The notes: generated by a model not told the origin, from the sequence alone. A stretch of DNA of 64,000 nt from Octopus sinensis (GCF_006345805.1 NC_043026.1:5642001-5706000), one strand, 5' to 3'; counted from the first letter of the stretch, positions 37,730 through 50,846 are shown. Translations and numbers: made by a program.

Positions 37730-37820
37730 ATCCTTCTGCAATGAGAGAAGAATGGAAACTTCTTGAAGGTTTTGTGGCAGAAGAAGGCAGAGCCATATTA
37801 CCACATTTGGCAAAAGTCAG
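37730..37820 (+). CDS. RICTOR: RICTOR exon 12 (DPSAMREEWKLLEGFVAEEGRAILPHLAKVR)
   Basis: tttccag| ... AG|gtaaaa, 91 nt, phase 1/2, after a 100-nt intron. Matches DPGRFQDSWRLSDGFVAAEAKTILPHRARSR. Confidence 0.96.
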
Positions 37821-37904
37821 GTAAAACCCTTCTCTCTTCTCCTGTATTTTCCGGTGTACATGTCAGTGTTGTTTGTAGTATAATATAATCATCCCGTAGT
37901 TGTG

Positions 37905-38935
37905 ATCCCTGTGCCGGTGGCATGTAAAAAGCACCATCCAAACATGGCTGATGCCTGCACCGCCTCGACTGGCTTCCGTGCCGGTGGCACGTAAAAAGCA
38001 CCATCCGAACGTGGCCGATGCCAGCGCCGCCTCGACTGGCTTCCGTGCTGGTGGCATGTAAAAAGCACCATCCGCTCATGGTCAATGCCAGCGCCACCTC
38101 GACTGGCTTCCGTGCCGGTGGCATGTAAAAAGCACCATCCGAACGTGGCCGATGCCAGCGCCGCTTCAACTGGCTTCCGTGCCGGTGGGACATAAAAAGC
38201 ACCATCTGAACGTGGCCGATGCCAGCGCTGCCTTGACTGGCTTCCGTGCCAGTGACATGTAAAAGGCACCATCCGAACGTGGCCGATGCCAACACCGCCT
38301 CGACTGGCTTCTGTACCGGTGGCATGTAAAAAGCACCATCTGAACATGGCCGATGCCAGCGCTGCCTCGACTGGCTTCCGTGCTGGTGGCACGTAAAAAG
38401 CACCATCCGAACGTGGCCGATGCCAGCGCTGCCTCGACTGTCTTCCGTGCTGGTGGCATGTAAAAAGCACCATCAGGTCATGGTCGATGCCAGCGTTGCC
38501 TCGAGTGGTTTCCGTGCCGGTGGCACGTAAAAAGCACCATCTGAACATGGCCGATGCCAGCGCTGCCTCGACTGGCTTCCGTGCTGGTGGCACGTAAAAA
38601 GCACCATCCGAACGTGGCCGATGCCAGCGCTGCCTCGACTGTCTTCCGTGCTGGTGGCATGTAAAAAGCACCATCAGGTCATGGTCGATGCCAGCGTTGC
38701 CTTGAGTGGCTTCCGTGCCGGTGGCACGTAAAAAGCACCATCTGAACATGGCTGATGCCAGCCCCACCTCGACTGGCTTCCGTGCCGGTGGCACGTAAAA
38801 AGCACCATCTAAACGTGGCCGATGCCAGCGCTGCCTTGACTGGCTTCCGTGCCGGTGGCATGTAAAAGGCACCAATCCGATCGTGGCCGTTGCCAGCCTC
38901 CCCTGGCACCTGTGCCGGTGGCACGTAAAAAGCAT
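37905..38935 (+). repeat. 67-bp tandem array (about 15 copies) inside an RTE 3' UTR
   Basis: gtaaaaagcacc at 37924, 37991 and onward; 201-bp (3-mer) identity between 38401 and 38602. Confidence 0.92.
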
Positions 38936-39349
38936 CCACTACACTCATGGAGTGGTTGGTGTTAGGAAGGGCATCCAGCTGTAGAAACACTGCCAGATAA
39001 GACTGGAGCCTGGTGCAGCCTCCTGGCTTCCCAGATCCCGGTCGAACCGTCCAACCCATGCTAGCATGGAAAACACGTTAAAAGATGATGATGATGATGA
39101 TGATGATCCAGGGTGGTATCCTTCAAAACCTATGACAATGTGAGGAAGTCCATTGTGACTCTGGCAGTGTAACAACATCTGGTAGTTTGGTTCATGTAGT
39201 GACACAGTGATATATATATGTGTGTATGTGTGATTTTTTTATTTAGATTTATTTATTCATGTAAATATGTGTGTGTCTGTGTGTGTATTATGTTGCATTC
39301 AACTTCCAATATAGCATACCAGTAATATACTGTTTCTGTTTCTTTGCAG

Positions 39350-39416
39350 ACCAAATTTAATCGAAAACCATTTGGCTTTAATTTTGGCAGCTTGGATTGA
39401 AACGGGAATTCTACAG
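39350..39416 (+). CDS. RICTOR: RICTOR exon 13 (PNLIENHLALILAAWIETGILQ)
   Basis: tttgcag| ... CAG|gttaga, 67 nt, phase 2/0. Matches PDLMDNYLALILSAFIRNGLLE. Confidence 0.93.
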
Positions 39417-40506
39417 GTTAGATTTACATACTGGGAAATATTATTATTATTATTATTATTGAGTGAGAGAGCAGTGCATGCCATCAAAGTGACACTGGGG
39501 TAAAATATACGAAGCCCATATCAAGATAAACAGCGCATGACCTCGCAAGTGGGGCCCAGTTAGAATCTTCTTCTGGTCGAGTAACCATCCCATATGTGTT
39601 CCCCCCAGCTGAGTGGGTTGCAAGTCCATCGCAGCGTTACTCAAGAAACAGGAAGAGGGAGCAAGAGAAAATCGGGGTGAAAGAGTACAACAGGGGTTGC
39701 CACCACCCCTTGCCGGACCATCATGGAGCCTTTAGGTGTTTACGCTCAATAAACACAGACAACGCCTGGTCTGGGAATCGAAACCGCGATCCTCCGACCG
39801 CGAGTCCACTGCCCTAACCACTGGGCCATTGTGCGTCAACAAAAATAAACGTGCCCTTTTAAAGCCTAGCGAGGCTCATGGGTCTGGTTTCCCGGTTTCT
39901 ATGGCGTATGTGTTCCCCAGCTGGACGGGACGCTATTCCATTGCAGCGTTACTCATTCTTTGTCAGCTGAGTGGACTGGAGCAAAGCGATGTGTTTTGCT
40001 CAAGAACACAATGCGTCACCCAGTCCAGGAATCGAAACCACAATCTTACGATCATGATGTTGACACCCTAACCACTAAGCCACAATCTAGCAAATGTGAG
40101 TGCAACAGCCTAACCATATGTGTGTGTGTGTGAGTATACATATGTGTATGTGTGTGTGTAAATATATATATATATATAAATGTGCCCTTTTAAAACCTAG
40201 TCAGGTTCATGGGCCCGGTTTCAGTGGCTTATGTGGTCCCCAGCTGGATGGGATACCAGTCCAACACAGCGTTACTCATTTCTGTCAGCTGAGTGGACTG
40301 GAGCAACGTGAAAATGAAGTGTTTTGCTCAAGAACACAACGCGTCGCCCGGTCCAGGAATCGAAACCACAATCTTACGATCATGATGCTGACACCCTAAC
40401 CACTAAGCCACGCGCCTCCACTTACAGTAGAAAGGATTATTGTTGTTGTTGTTGTTATGATGTTTTTTACCTGGATTCTCCTCTGTTCTCTGTCTTTTGC
40501 TTTCAG

Positions 40507-40587
40507 GCTTTAGTGGAAGTCATAACCAGCACAGAGGGACATTTATTTATCAGAGCTGTGATATTGCTGGGAGAACTTCTACACATG
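40507..40587 (+). CDS. RICTOR: RICTOR exon 14 (ALVEVITSTEGHLFIRAVILLGELLHM)
   Basis: ttttcag| ... ATG|gtaggt, 81 nt, phase 0/0. Matches GLVEVITNSDDHISVRATILLGELLHM. Confidence 0.97.
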
Positions 40588-41804
40588 GTAGGTACCCCAC
40601 ACAAGGCATTGGATCCTTGCCCCCACTCCTCAATTCCTTGGTTGATAGCCCTATTGTTGTTGTTGATGTAAGGCGGTGAGCTGGCAGAAACGTTAGCATG
40701 CCCGGCGAAATGCGTAGCCGTATGTCGTCTGCCACTACGTTCTGATTTTGAATTCCTCCGAGGTTGACTTTGCCTTTCATCCTTTCGGGGTCAATAAATT
40801 AAGTACCAGTTACCCACTGGGGTCGATATAATCAACTTAATCCCCTTGTCTGTCCTTGTTTTGTCCTCTCTGTGTTTAGCCCCTTGTTGGTAGTAAAGAA
40901 ATAGGTATTTCGTCTGCCGCTACGGTCTGAGTTCAAATTCCGCTGAGGTTGACTTTGCCTTTCATCCTTTCGGGGTCGATAAATTAAGTACCAGTTACCC
41001 ATTGGGGTCGATATAATCGACTTAATCCGTTTTCTGTCCTTGTTAGTCCTCTCTGTGTTTAGTCCCTTGTGGGCAATAAAGAAATATATGTTTGTTTGTT
41101 GAGTGAAGCGGTCTTCTGAGAAGTCCAAAACGCAGTCCTTTGCTATTCGTAAGACCCACAGAAGAGAAAGCAGGTCAACCCCCGACACCGAGAGTTTTAT
41201 TCCGTCTCTTTCTTTTAATTAGCCTATTATTGTTGTTGCTGCAGTTGCTGTTGAGCGAACGGTCTTCGTCCCTGAGCTCGCAAGATGGGAGAAGTCCGAA
41301 ACGTGGTCCTTTGGTATTCGTAAGACCCGCAGAAGAGAAAGCAGGTCAACCCCCGACACCGAGAGCATCGATGGATGGATGAATGCGCATCCAGGCTCAG
41401 CGGTTGCGTAGGAAGTCGGGGACAAGAATCAGGAAGAAAGAGTGAGAGAAAGTTGGGGCGAAAGAGTACAACAGGGGTCGCCACCACCCCCTGCCGGAGC
41501 CTCGTGGGGCTTTAAGTGTTTTTGCTCAATAAACACACACAATGCCCGGTCAGGGAATCGAAACCGCGATCCTCCGACCGCAAGTCCGCTGCCCTAACCA
41601 CTGGGCCGTTGCGCCTCCTGTTGTTGATGTGGTTCTGGTTCAGGGAACTGCCTCGTGGAAGGTGACCTTCAGTAAGTGCCTTAACAATCAGTGAATGAAT
41701 AGCTAGCCATCAGTGTTGTGAGTGACCATCAGCGGGCAGCTGAGTGACTGTGTGTAGATGACCATCAATGTTATAGGTGACCATCAGGGATTGACTGACT
41801 GTCA

Positions 41805-42175
41805 TACATCCATCCATCCATCTGTCCATCCATCCATTTGTCCATCCGTCCATCTATCCATCGGTCCATCTCTCCATCCATCGGTCCATCCATCCATCTG
41901 TCCATCCATCCGTCCGTCCATCTGTCCATCCTTCCATCTGTCCATCCATCCATCTGTCCATCCGTCCATCTATCCATCGGTCCATCTCTCCATCCATCGG
42001 TCCATCCTTCCATCTGTCCATCCATCCATCTGTCCATCCATCCATTTGTCCATCCGTCCATCTATCCATCCATCGGTCCATCCATCCATCTGTCCATCCA
42101 TCCGTCCGTCCATCCATCCATCCATCCATCTGTCCATCCATCCATCCATCCATTCATCTGTCCATGCGTCCACCC
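41805..42175. repeat. (TCCA)n microsatellite
   Basis: Directly visible. Confidence 0.95.
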
Positions 42176-43646
42176 ACGCACGTGTGTGTGTGGGTTCGTC
42201 TCCTGTCACAGTTTGACAACCGGTGTTGGTTTCTTTACGTCCTCCTAAACCAGCAGTTCAGCAAAAGAGATCGATAGAACAAGTACTAAACTTTGAAAAA
42301 AAAGTACTGTGGTCGATTCATTCGACTAAACAATAAAAAAATTCGTCGAGTCGGTGCTCCAGCTTGGCCACAGTCAAATGCCTGAAACGAGTGAACGATA
42401 ACAGATAATAAAGTGCTCATAACTTTGTTTTTATCAAACTGAATTACCTCCCTTAGTATTTTCCCCTTTTTAATTACCTTTGGAAGTTGTCTCCCTTGTT
42501 ATAAGAGTTGCCTCCCCTATCGAAATAAAAATGAAGTTTTTTTTTTGAAGCATAAAAGTGATTTTTTTATTTGTTTCAGTTATTTGATTGCGGCCATGCT
42601 GGGGCACCGCCTTGAAGAATTTTTAGATAAATCTATTGACCTCAGTGTTTATTTATTTTTTAAGCCTGGCACTGATTCTTTCGATCGCTTTTGCCGGACC
42701 ACTAAGTTACGTGGATGTACAGACACATACATGCAGATATAGTCCTGGGCTCGATTCCTGACATGGGAACGTAAATTTTTCTATAGGCGCGGGTGTGGCT
42801 GTGTGGCAAGTATCTTGCTTACCAATCACATGGTTCCAGGTTCAGTCCCACTGCGTGGCACCTTGAGCAAGTGTTTTCTACTATAGCCTTGGGCCGACCA
42901 AAGCCTTGTGAGTGGATTTGGTAGACGGAAACTGAAAGAAGCCCGTCGTATATATATATATATATATATATTATATATGTTTGTGTGTGTGTGTTTGTTC
43001 CCCCAATTTCACTTGACAACCGATGCTGGTGTGTTTACATCCCTGTGACTTAGCGGTTTGGCAAAAGAGTCCGATCATAGGCTTACAAAGAATAAGTCCT
43101 GCAGTCGATTTGCTGTGTAAGGCGGCGAGCTGGCAGAATCGTTAGCACGCCGGCGAAAAGTTTAGCAGTATTTCATCAGCTTCTACGTTCTGAGTTCAAA
43201 TTCCGCCGAGGTCACTTTGCCTTTTATCCTTTCGGGGTCGATTAAATAAGTATCAGTTACGCACTGGGGTCGATATAATCGACTTAATCCGTTTGTCTGT
43301 CCTTGTTTCTCCTCTCTGTGTTTAACCCCTTGTGGGTAGTAAAGAAATAGGTATTTCATCTGTCTTTATGTTCTGAGTTCAAATTCCGATGAGGTTGACT
43401 TTGCCTTTCATCCTTTCGGGGTTGATAAAATAAATACCAGTGGACTAACTAGGGTCGATGTAATCGACTTAATCCCTTTGTCTGCTCTTGTTTGGCCCCT
43501 TGTGGGCAGTAAAGAAATAAGAAACATTTCTCATGGCACCGGCACACAATTCACAGATGCTTACATTTTTTTATGTTTTCCATGAATTTTTCCTGCTAGT
43601 TATTATTATTATGATGATGATGATGATTATTATTGTCTATTTCCAG

Positions 43647-43747
43647 GCCAACACATTGTTACCCCATGAGTGCACAACCCATAGCCATTGTTTACCCAAC
43701 CTTATGGCTGTTGCCTCGTCCTTCGATATCCCGGGTCAACACAGACA
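43647..43747 (+). CDS. RICTOR: RICTOR exon 15 (ANTLLPHECTTHSHCLPNLMAVASSFDIPGQHR)
   Basis: tttccag| ... CA|gttaag, 101 nt, phase 0/2. Matches ANTILPHSHSHHLHCLPTLMNMAASFDIPKEKR. Confidence 0.95.
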
Positions 43748-43990
43748 GTTAAGTATATCATTTGTGTCTCTGTGTATGCATCCATGTATGTGTTTTCTAT
43801 ATGTTTATATATGTTTGTATATGCATAGGTGCAGGAGTGGCTGTGTGGTAAGTAGCTTGCTTACCAATCACATGGTTCCAGGTTCAGTCCCACTGTGTGA
43901 CATCTTGGGCAAGTGTCTTCTGCTATAGCCCTGGGCCGACCAATGCCTTGTGAGTGGATTTGGTAGACGGAAACTGAAAGAAGACCGTCG

Positions 43991-44021
<31 letters not shown>

Positions 44022-44036
44022 TTGTGTGTGTGGCTG

Positions 44037-44073
<37 letters not shown>

Positions 44074-44534
44074 TTGTGTGTGTTTGTGTGGGCCAGTGCT
44101 GCCCCGACTGGCCTCCGTGCCGGTGGCACGTAAAAAGCACCCACTACACTCACGGAGTGGTTGGCATTAGGAAGGGCATCCAGTTGTAGAAACACTGCCA
44201 GATCAGACTGGGCCTGGCGCAGCCTACTGGCTCCCCAGACGCCAGTTGAACCGTCCAACCCATGCTAGCACGGGAAGCGGACGTTAAACGATGATGATGA
44301 TGATGATGGTCATTCATCCGTAAAATTGGGTAATCTGTGCTTATTGATTTAATCTGTGGTTATGCTAATCTGTGTCTACAGTACTGTGTGAAAGTGCATT
44401 TATTAGTATGCGAGCATCTTGTTAGTCTTTCAGTAATTCTGTTAAATTCTGTATTTGTTTCTTGGCTTCTTAAATTATAATTTTTCTTTTTGCTTTTGCT
44501 TAAAATCTAAACCCCTAATTTGTTTGTCTTATAG

Positions 44535-44715
44535 CCGTGCTACGTTAGCGGTGAGTTACCTGAATCGCATCCATACCCTGAAAAAGCGCGGCCCGAGGCC
44601 GTGCAGCCTGTTTCTCGACCAACTCATCCAGAACGCAAACACCACGCTACAACAGGAGAGCTTCTACACTCAGTTCAGCCAGGACAAATTATCATCGGAT
44701 GCAGTGAAAACTGTG
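44535..44715 (+). CDS. RICTOR: RICTOR exon 16 (RATLAVSYLNRIHTLKKRGPRPCSLFLDQLIQ...DAVKTV)
   Basis: cttatag| ... GTG|gtaagt, 181 nt, phase 2/0. Matches RASAALNCLKRFHEMKKRGPKPYSLHLDHIIQ. Confidence 0.95.
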
Positions 44716-46012
44716 GTAAGTAGCGCATGGAGGTGGGGAAACGTTTGTGTGTGGGTTTGGGTGTGTCGAGAGGAAGGGTGTGTGGGGGTTTTTGCTTTTA
44801 TTTATGGAGAAGGCATCCGTGCTAGTGGAGCGCTAAGAGCACCATCTGAGCATGATCGTTGCCAGAGTGGCCAACTGGCTTCCATGCCGGTGGCACATAA
44901 AAAGCATCATTCAAGCGTGATTGTTACCAGCATCATCTTACTGGCACTTGTACCTGTGGCATGTGAAAAACATTCGAGTGAGGTCCATTGCCAGTGCCAC
45001 TGGACTGGCTCCTGTGCAGCTGGCACGTAAAAAACACCATTTGAGCGTGGCCATTGCCAGTACCCTCTGACTGGCCCTCGTGCCGGTGGCAGTAAAAGTA
45101 GAACAGTAAACAGCTGTACATATATAAGAATATATATATATATATATATATAAAACTCCATCCGAGCGTGGCCGTCTGCCAGCCACGTCTGGCACCTGTG
45201 TCAGTGGCACATAAAAAACACCATCCGAGCGTGGCCGTTCGCCAGCCTCGTCTGGCACCTGTGTCGGTGGCACACAAAAAGCACCCACTACACTCACGGA
45301 GTGGTTGGCATTAGGAAGGGCATCCAGCTGTAGAAACACTGCCAGATCTGACTGGCCTGGTGCAGCCTTCGGGCTCCCCAGACCCCAGTTGAACCGTCCA
45401 ACCCATGCTAGCATGGAAAGCGGACGTTAAACGATGATGATGATGATGACGATGATACATTTATATATATATATATTAATCAATTTAGGGTAGCAAAAAA
45501 TTCAATAGAAATTATTTTGTCACCAGCGGTCTAGTGAGAAAGATTAACATCCGTTTTCCGTCCTAGCATGGGTTGGACAGTTTGACCGGGGTCTGGGAAG
45601 CTAGACTGGCTGCACCAGGCTCCAATCCCATTTGGCAGTGTTTCTACAGCTGGATGCCCTCCCTAACGCCAACCACTACGTGTGTGTAGTGGGTGCTTTT
45701 TACGTGCCTCCAGCACAGGGGCCAGATGAGGTTGGCAAATCGGCCACGATCTGTTTGTGCTTTTTACGTGCCACCGGCACGGACGCCAATACACACAACA
45801 CTTTCTCTCTCTCTTACTCATATGGTGGCAGACATATAAACATGTACATACACACACGTGCTCACTGGCACACACATTTGTTCTGGTAAACGTGTACGCA
45901 CATGCTGGGCGGACACAGAAGCTGATATGCACATCATCATCATCATGAAGGAAATTATTATTGATGATGATGCTGATATATTCTCTTTCTTTTTCTCTCT
46001 GTCTTTCAATAG

Positions 46013-46117
46013 TTCAACGCTGATGACTTTGTAAGTCAGGTGATCAGAGAGACGCATGTATTGAGTACTAAGGAACACAAGAGCTGGGACTGGCATTCCA
46101 TATCTGCATTACTAAAG
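46013..46117 (+). CDS. RICTOR: RICTOR exon 17 (FNADDFVSQVIRETHVLSTKEHKSWDWHSISALLK); last RICTOR exon found in the window
   Basis: caatag| ... AAG|gtaccg, 105 nt, phase 0/0. Matches LRDSQVLQHKENLEWNWNLIGTILK. No later RICTOR exon recognised. Confidence 0.93.
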
Positions 46118-46331
46118 GTACCGTATACACTCTTCTCTTTTTCTCTCTGTGTTTATGTATAAATATATGTGTGTATATATATTATATATATATACATATA
46201 TTATATATGTATTATATGTGTATGTATATATATGTGTATGTATATATGTATAGTATATATATGTATATATTGTATTATATGTATATATATATATGTATAT
46301 ATATGTATATATATATTATATATATAATATC

Positions 46332-46362
<31 letters not shown>

Positions 46363-46750
46363 TAATTTAATTTAATTTAAAATAATAAGGGTGAAAAATT
46401 TAATATTATTTGATTAATATCAATTTAAAACCAGTGGTCTAGCATATTGAAATATCTGAAGATTCAGAAAAATTAATATATAATGAAATATATATATATA
46501 TAATATATATATTGATAGATAGATAGCTACAAGCATAGGAGTGGTAAGTATGGTAAGTAGTTTGCTTACCAACCACATAGTTCCGGGTTCAGTCCCACTG
46601 CGTGGCACCTTGGGCAAGTGTCTTCGTCTTCTACTATAGCCTCGGGCCGACCAAAGCCTTGTGAGTGGATTTGGTAGACAGAAACTGAAAGAAGCCTGTC
46701 ATATATTTATATATATATGTTCTTCGTTTTTTTTTATTTACTGACATATA

Positions 46751-46782
<32 letters not shown>

Positions 46783-47000
46783 CACACACACATATATATA
46801 AATGTGCATTTGTAATGATGGTGAATGCAGTAATAATCTTTGTTAAACAATCGTCATTTCTGTTAGTATAAACTCCTCCTCCTCATCATCATCATCTTTT
46901 ACTGCTCTGGGCACAAGGCCCGAAATTTTGGGAGAGGGGTGCAGTCGATTAGATTGACTCCAGTATGCAACTGGTACTTAATTCATCGACCCGGAAAGGA

Positions 47001-47100
47001 NNNNNNNNNNNNNNNNNNNNNNNNNNNNNNNNNNNNNNNNNNNNNNNNNNNNNNNNNNNNNNNNNNNNNNNNNNNNNNNNNNNNNNNNNNNNNNNNNNNN
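47001..47100. other. Assembly gap (100 N, true size unknown)
   Basis: Run of n. Confidence 1.
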
Positions 47101-47975
47101 CCGGACAACCCAATATCTTGAGAGAAAGCACAGCTAGCTTAAACTGGGCTCTAAATGGAGATGTAGTCAAATCCTATTTTTGGACTCAACCATGTTCTAA
47201 AATAAGTCGAAAGGTAAGCTACTATAAATTGGCACGAACTTTCCAGACAACCCAATATCTTGAGAGAAAAGCAGAGCTAGCTTAAACTGGGCTCTAATTG
47301 GAGGTGTAGTCGAATCCTATTTTATGGACTCAACCATGTTCTAAAATAAGTCGAAAGGTAAGCTACTATAAATCGGCACAAACTTTCCAGACAACCCAAT
47401 ATCTTGAGAGAAAAGCAGAGCTAGCTTAAACTACACTCTAAATGGAGGTGTAGTCAAATCCTATTTTATGGACTCAACCATGTTCTAAAATAAGTCGAAA
47501 GGTAAGCTACTATAAATCGGCATGAACTTTCCAGACAACCCAATATCTTGAGAGAAAAGCACAGCTAGCTTAAACTGGGCTCTAAATGGAGATGTAGTCA
47601 TATCCTATTTTATGGACTCACCATGTTCTAAAATAAGTCGAAAGGTTAAGCTACTATAAATCAGCAAGAACTTTCCAGACAACCCAATATCTTGAGAGAA
47701 AGCAGAGCTAGCTAAAACTGGGCTCTAAATGGAGGTGTAGTCAAATCCTTTTTATGGACTCAACCATGTTCTAAAATAAGTCGAAAGGTAAGCTACTATA
47801 AATTGACATGAACTTTCCGGACAACCCAATATCTTGAGAGAAAAGCAGAGCTAGCTTAAACTGGGCTCTAAATGGAGGTGTAGTCAAATCCTATTTTATG
47901 GACTCAACCATGTTCTAAAATAAGTTGAAAGGTAAGCTACTATAAATTGGCATGAACTTTCCAGACAACCCAATA
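47101..47975 (-). repeat. 142-144-bp tandem array, each unit containing a mariner terminal inverted repeat
   Basis: cccaata at 47109, 47251, 47395, 47539, 47683, 47825 and 47969. The unit end aaatcggcacgaactttccagacaacccaata is the reverse complement of the ITR at 849-880. Confidence 0.9.
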
Positions 47976-48266
47976 ACAAGCCATATGTACAATCATTGGT
48001 ACATATAGAAGATTTCTGAGGGCAGCCCTTAATACCAAATGACAGACCCATGCAAAAAACCAGGTTCTTTATGGTCATCTTCCAAGAATAACCTTGAAAA
48101 GGGTTTAAATAACAATAATAGGCGCAGGAGTGGCTGTTTGGTAAGTAGCTTGCTAACCAACCACATGGTTGTGGGTTCAGTCCCATTGCGTGGCATCTTG
48201 GGCAAGTAGAAGAGTAAAAGAGTAAAAGAAATAAAAGCAACAAATATAACAACAACAACAACTTAC

Positions 48267-48357
48267 ATTTTTCATATTCTTCCTTGATTTTTCCAATGTC
48301 ATCATTGCTTCGGGTAAACAGGATCTCCACAAGGGTACTTTCATCTGTTCCCAGTCT
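48267..48357 (-). CDS. Annexin exon (RLGTDESTLVEILFTRSNDDIGKIKEEYEK), repeat 2; last annexin exon found
   Basis: catcag| 91 nt T|gtaagt, phase 0/1. GTDE..L.EIL.TRSN..I..I...Y is the annexin signature. Confidence 0.95.
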
Positions 48358-48959
48358 CTGATGATGAAATAAATGAAGAGGAAGAGAAAGAGAGATTAGA
48401 TAGAGTGATGGTGCTAGTGGTAGTGGTGTTGGTGGTGCAGTGTCAGTGGTTGCATTAGGAGTGCTAATGGCTATGACAACCCCTCTGGTGTTGGTGCAAT
48501 GCAAAGAAAAAAAAAAAGGCACCCAGCAGGCCGTACATGTGTAACTGTATAGTAAAAAGTTTGCTTCCCAACCACATGGTTACAGGTTCAGTCCCACAGC
48601 CTGCCTGACTCCTTGGTCAAGTGTCTTCTACAATAACCATGAGCCAGCCAAAGTCATGAGAGCAGATTTAGTAAACAGAAAATGAAAGAAACCCATTGTA
48701 TATATATATTTCTTTACTACCCAGAAGGGGCTAAACACAGACGGGACAAACAAGGTCAGACAAACAAGGTCAGACAAACGGATTAAGTCGATTATATCGA
48801 CCCCAGTGTGTAACTGGTACTTAATTTATCGACCCCGAAAGGATGAAAGGCAAAGTCGACCTCGGCGGAATTTGACTTGAACGCGGAACGTGACGACAGA
48901 CGAAATACAGCTACGCATTTCGCCCGGCGTGCTAACGTTTCTGCCAGCTCGCCGCCTTT

Positions 48960-48994
<35 letters not shown>

Positions 48995-49048
48995 TTTTAC
49001 GTGGCACTGGCACGGGAGCCAGTCAGGGGGCACTAGTACCAACCACGA

Positions 49049-49094
<46 letters not shown>

Positions 49095-49725
49095 TTTGAT
49101 CTTTTTTTTTAGCGTCCGCTTTCCATGCTAGTAATGGTTGGACGGTTCAACTGGGGTCTGGGAGGCCAGAAGGCTGCACCAGGCCCAGTCTGATCTGGCA
49201 ATGTTTTTACGGCTGGATGCCCTTCCTAATGCCAACCATTCTGTGAGTGTAGTGGGTGCTTTTTACGTGCCACAATCGGATGGTGCTTTTTATGTGCCAG
49301 GCGAGGCTGGCAACGGCCACGATCGGATGGTGCTTTTTACGTCCCATGTATGTATGTATGTATGTATGTATATGTAAAAAGCACCATCCGTTCGTGTCCG
49401 TTGCCAGCCTCGCCTGGCCCCCGTGCCGGTGGCAGCTCTGTCTGGCACCTGTGCGGGTGGCACGTAGAAAGCACCCACTACACTCACGGAGTGGTTGGCA
49501 TTAGGAAGGGCATCCAGCTGTAGAAACACTGCCAGATCTGACTAGGCCTGATGAAGCCTTCTGGCTTCACTGACCCCAGTTGAACCGTCCAACCCATGCC
49601 AGCTGGGAAAGCGGACGCTAAACGATGATGATGATGATGATATATATATATGTGTATGTATGTATGTATGTATATATATATATATATTATATATATATAT
49701 GTTATTATGTATGTATGTATGTATG

Positions 49726-49758
<33 letters not shown>

Positions 49759-49759
49759 G

Positions 49760-49802
<43 letters not shown>

Positions 49803-49819
49803 GTATGTATGTATGTATG

Positions 49820-49852
<33 letters not shown>

Positions 49853-49857
49853 GTATG

Positions 49858-49890
<33 letters not shown>

Positions 49891-49924
49891 GTATGTATGC
49901 ATATATATATATATCATCTCATCA

Positions 49925-50812
49925 TCATCGTCGTTTAACGTCCGTTCTCCATGCTAGCATGGGTTGGACGGTTCGACCGGGGTTCTGGGAAGCCAAGAGG
50001 CTGCACCAGGCTCCAGTCTAATTTGGCAATGTTTCTACAGCTGGATGCCCTTCCTAACGCCAACCACTCCGTGAGTGTAGTGGGTGCTTTTTACGTGCCA
50101 CCTGCACAGGTGCCAGGCGGGGCTGGCAACGGCCACGGTCAGATTGGTGTATTTTATGTGCCACCGGGCACGGAAGCCAGTCGAGGCGGTGCTGGCATCG
50201 GCCACGAGTCGGATAGTGTTTTTACGTACCACCAGACCAGGATCCTGGCTGGTTCAATTCGATTTCGATTTCGCTTGCCCCAACATGTCTTCACAAGCAA
50301 AGGGGGTTGGCAAGGGTACCTGTCGTACGGTCGCATTGGAGTATTTTACGTGCCACGGCCACGAGTCGGATAGTGCTTTTAGTACCACCAGACCAGGGAT
50401 CCTGGCTGGTTCAATTCGATTTCGATTTCGCTGGGCCCCAACATGTCTTCACAAGCAAAGGGGGTTGGCATGGGTGCCTGTCGTACGGTCGCATTGGAGT
50501 ATTTTACGTGCCACGGCCCCGAGTCGGATAGTGCTTTTTACGTACCACCAGGCAGGGATCCTGGCTGGTTCAATTCGGTTTCGATTTCGATTTCGATTTC
50601 GCTTGCCCCACAGTCTTCGCAAGCATGGGGGGTTGGGATGGGTGTCTGTCGTCGGATGAGGTTCTATATCGACTTCGCTTGCCTCAACCGGTCTTTGTGT
50701 CCAAGGGAGGAAAGGCATTCATAAGTGGCTGGGCTCACTTGTCCTGCCTGGTCTTCTCACGTACAGAATATTTCCAAAGGTCTCGGTCTCTGGTCATTTC
50801 CTCAGTGAGGCC
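49925..50812 (-). mobile_element. RTE LINE 3' fragment with the ORF C-terminus and full 3' UTR
   Basis: Minus strand 50812-50735 reads [25 protein letters not shown], followed by three about 165-bp UTR repeats and the gttaaacgacgatgatg tail. Confidence 0.8.
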
Positions 50813-50846
50813 CATAATAATATATGTAGTATGTATGTATTGTATG

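Noticed and set aside
37889-38935. 348-aa repetitive ORF on the minus strand
   Set aside because: By-product of a 67-bp tandem array (67-aa period every three units) in a LINE UTR.
37905-38935. CRISPR-like look of regularly spaced repeats (also 8630-9000 and 47101-47975)
   Set aside because: No unique spacers, no cas genes, eukaryotic intron context.
41100-41370. Two copies of ctgag...gtccgaaacgtggtcc resembling a hammerhead
   Set aside because: GAAAC-GTG-GTC is present, but there is no CUGANGA core or pairable stem II.
46939-47285. ORFs spanning the N run
   Set aside because: Artefacts of translating across the assembly gap.
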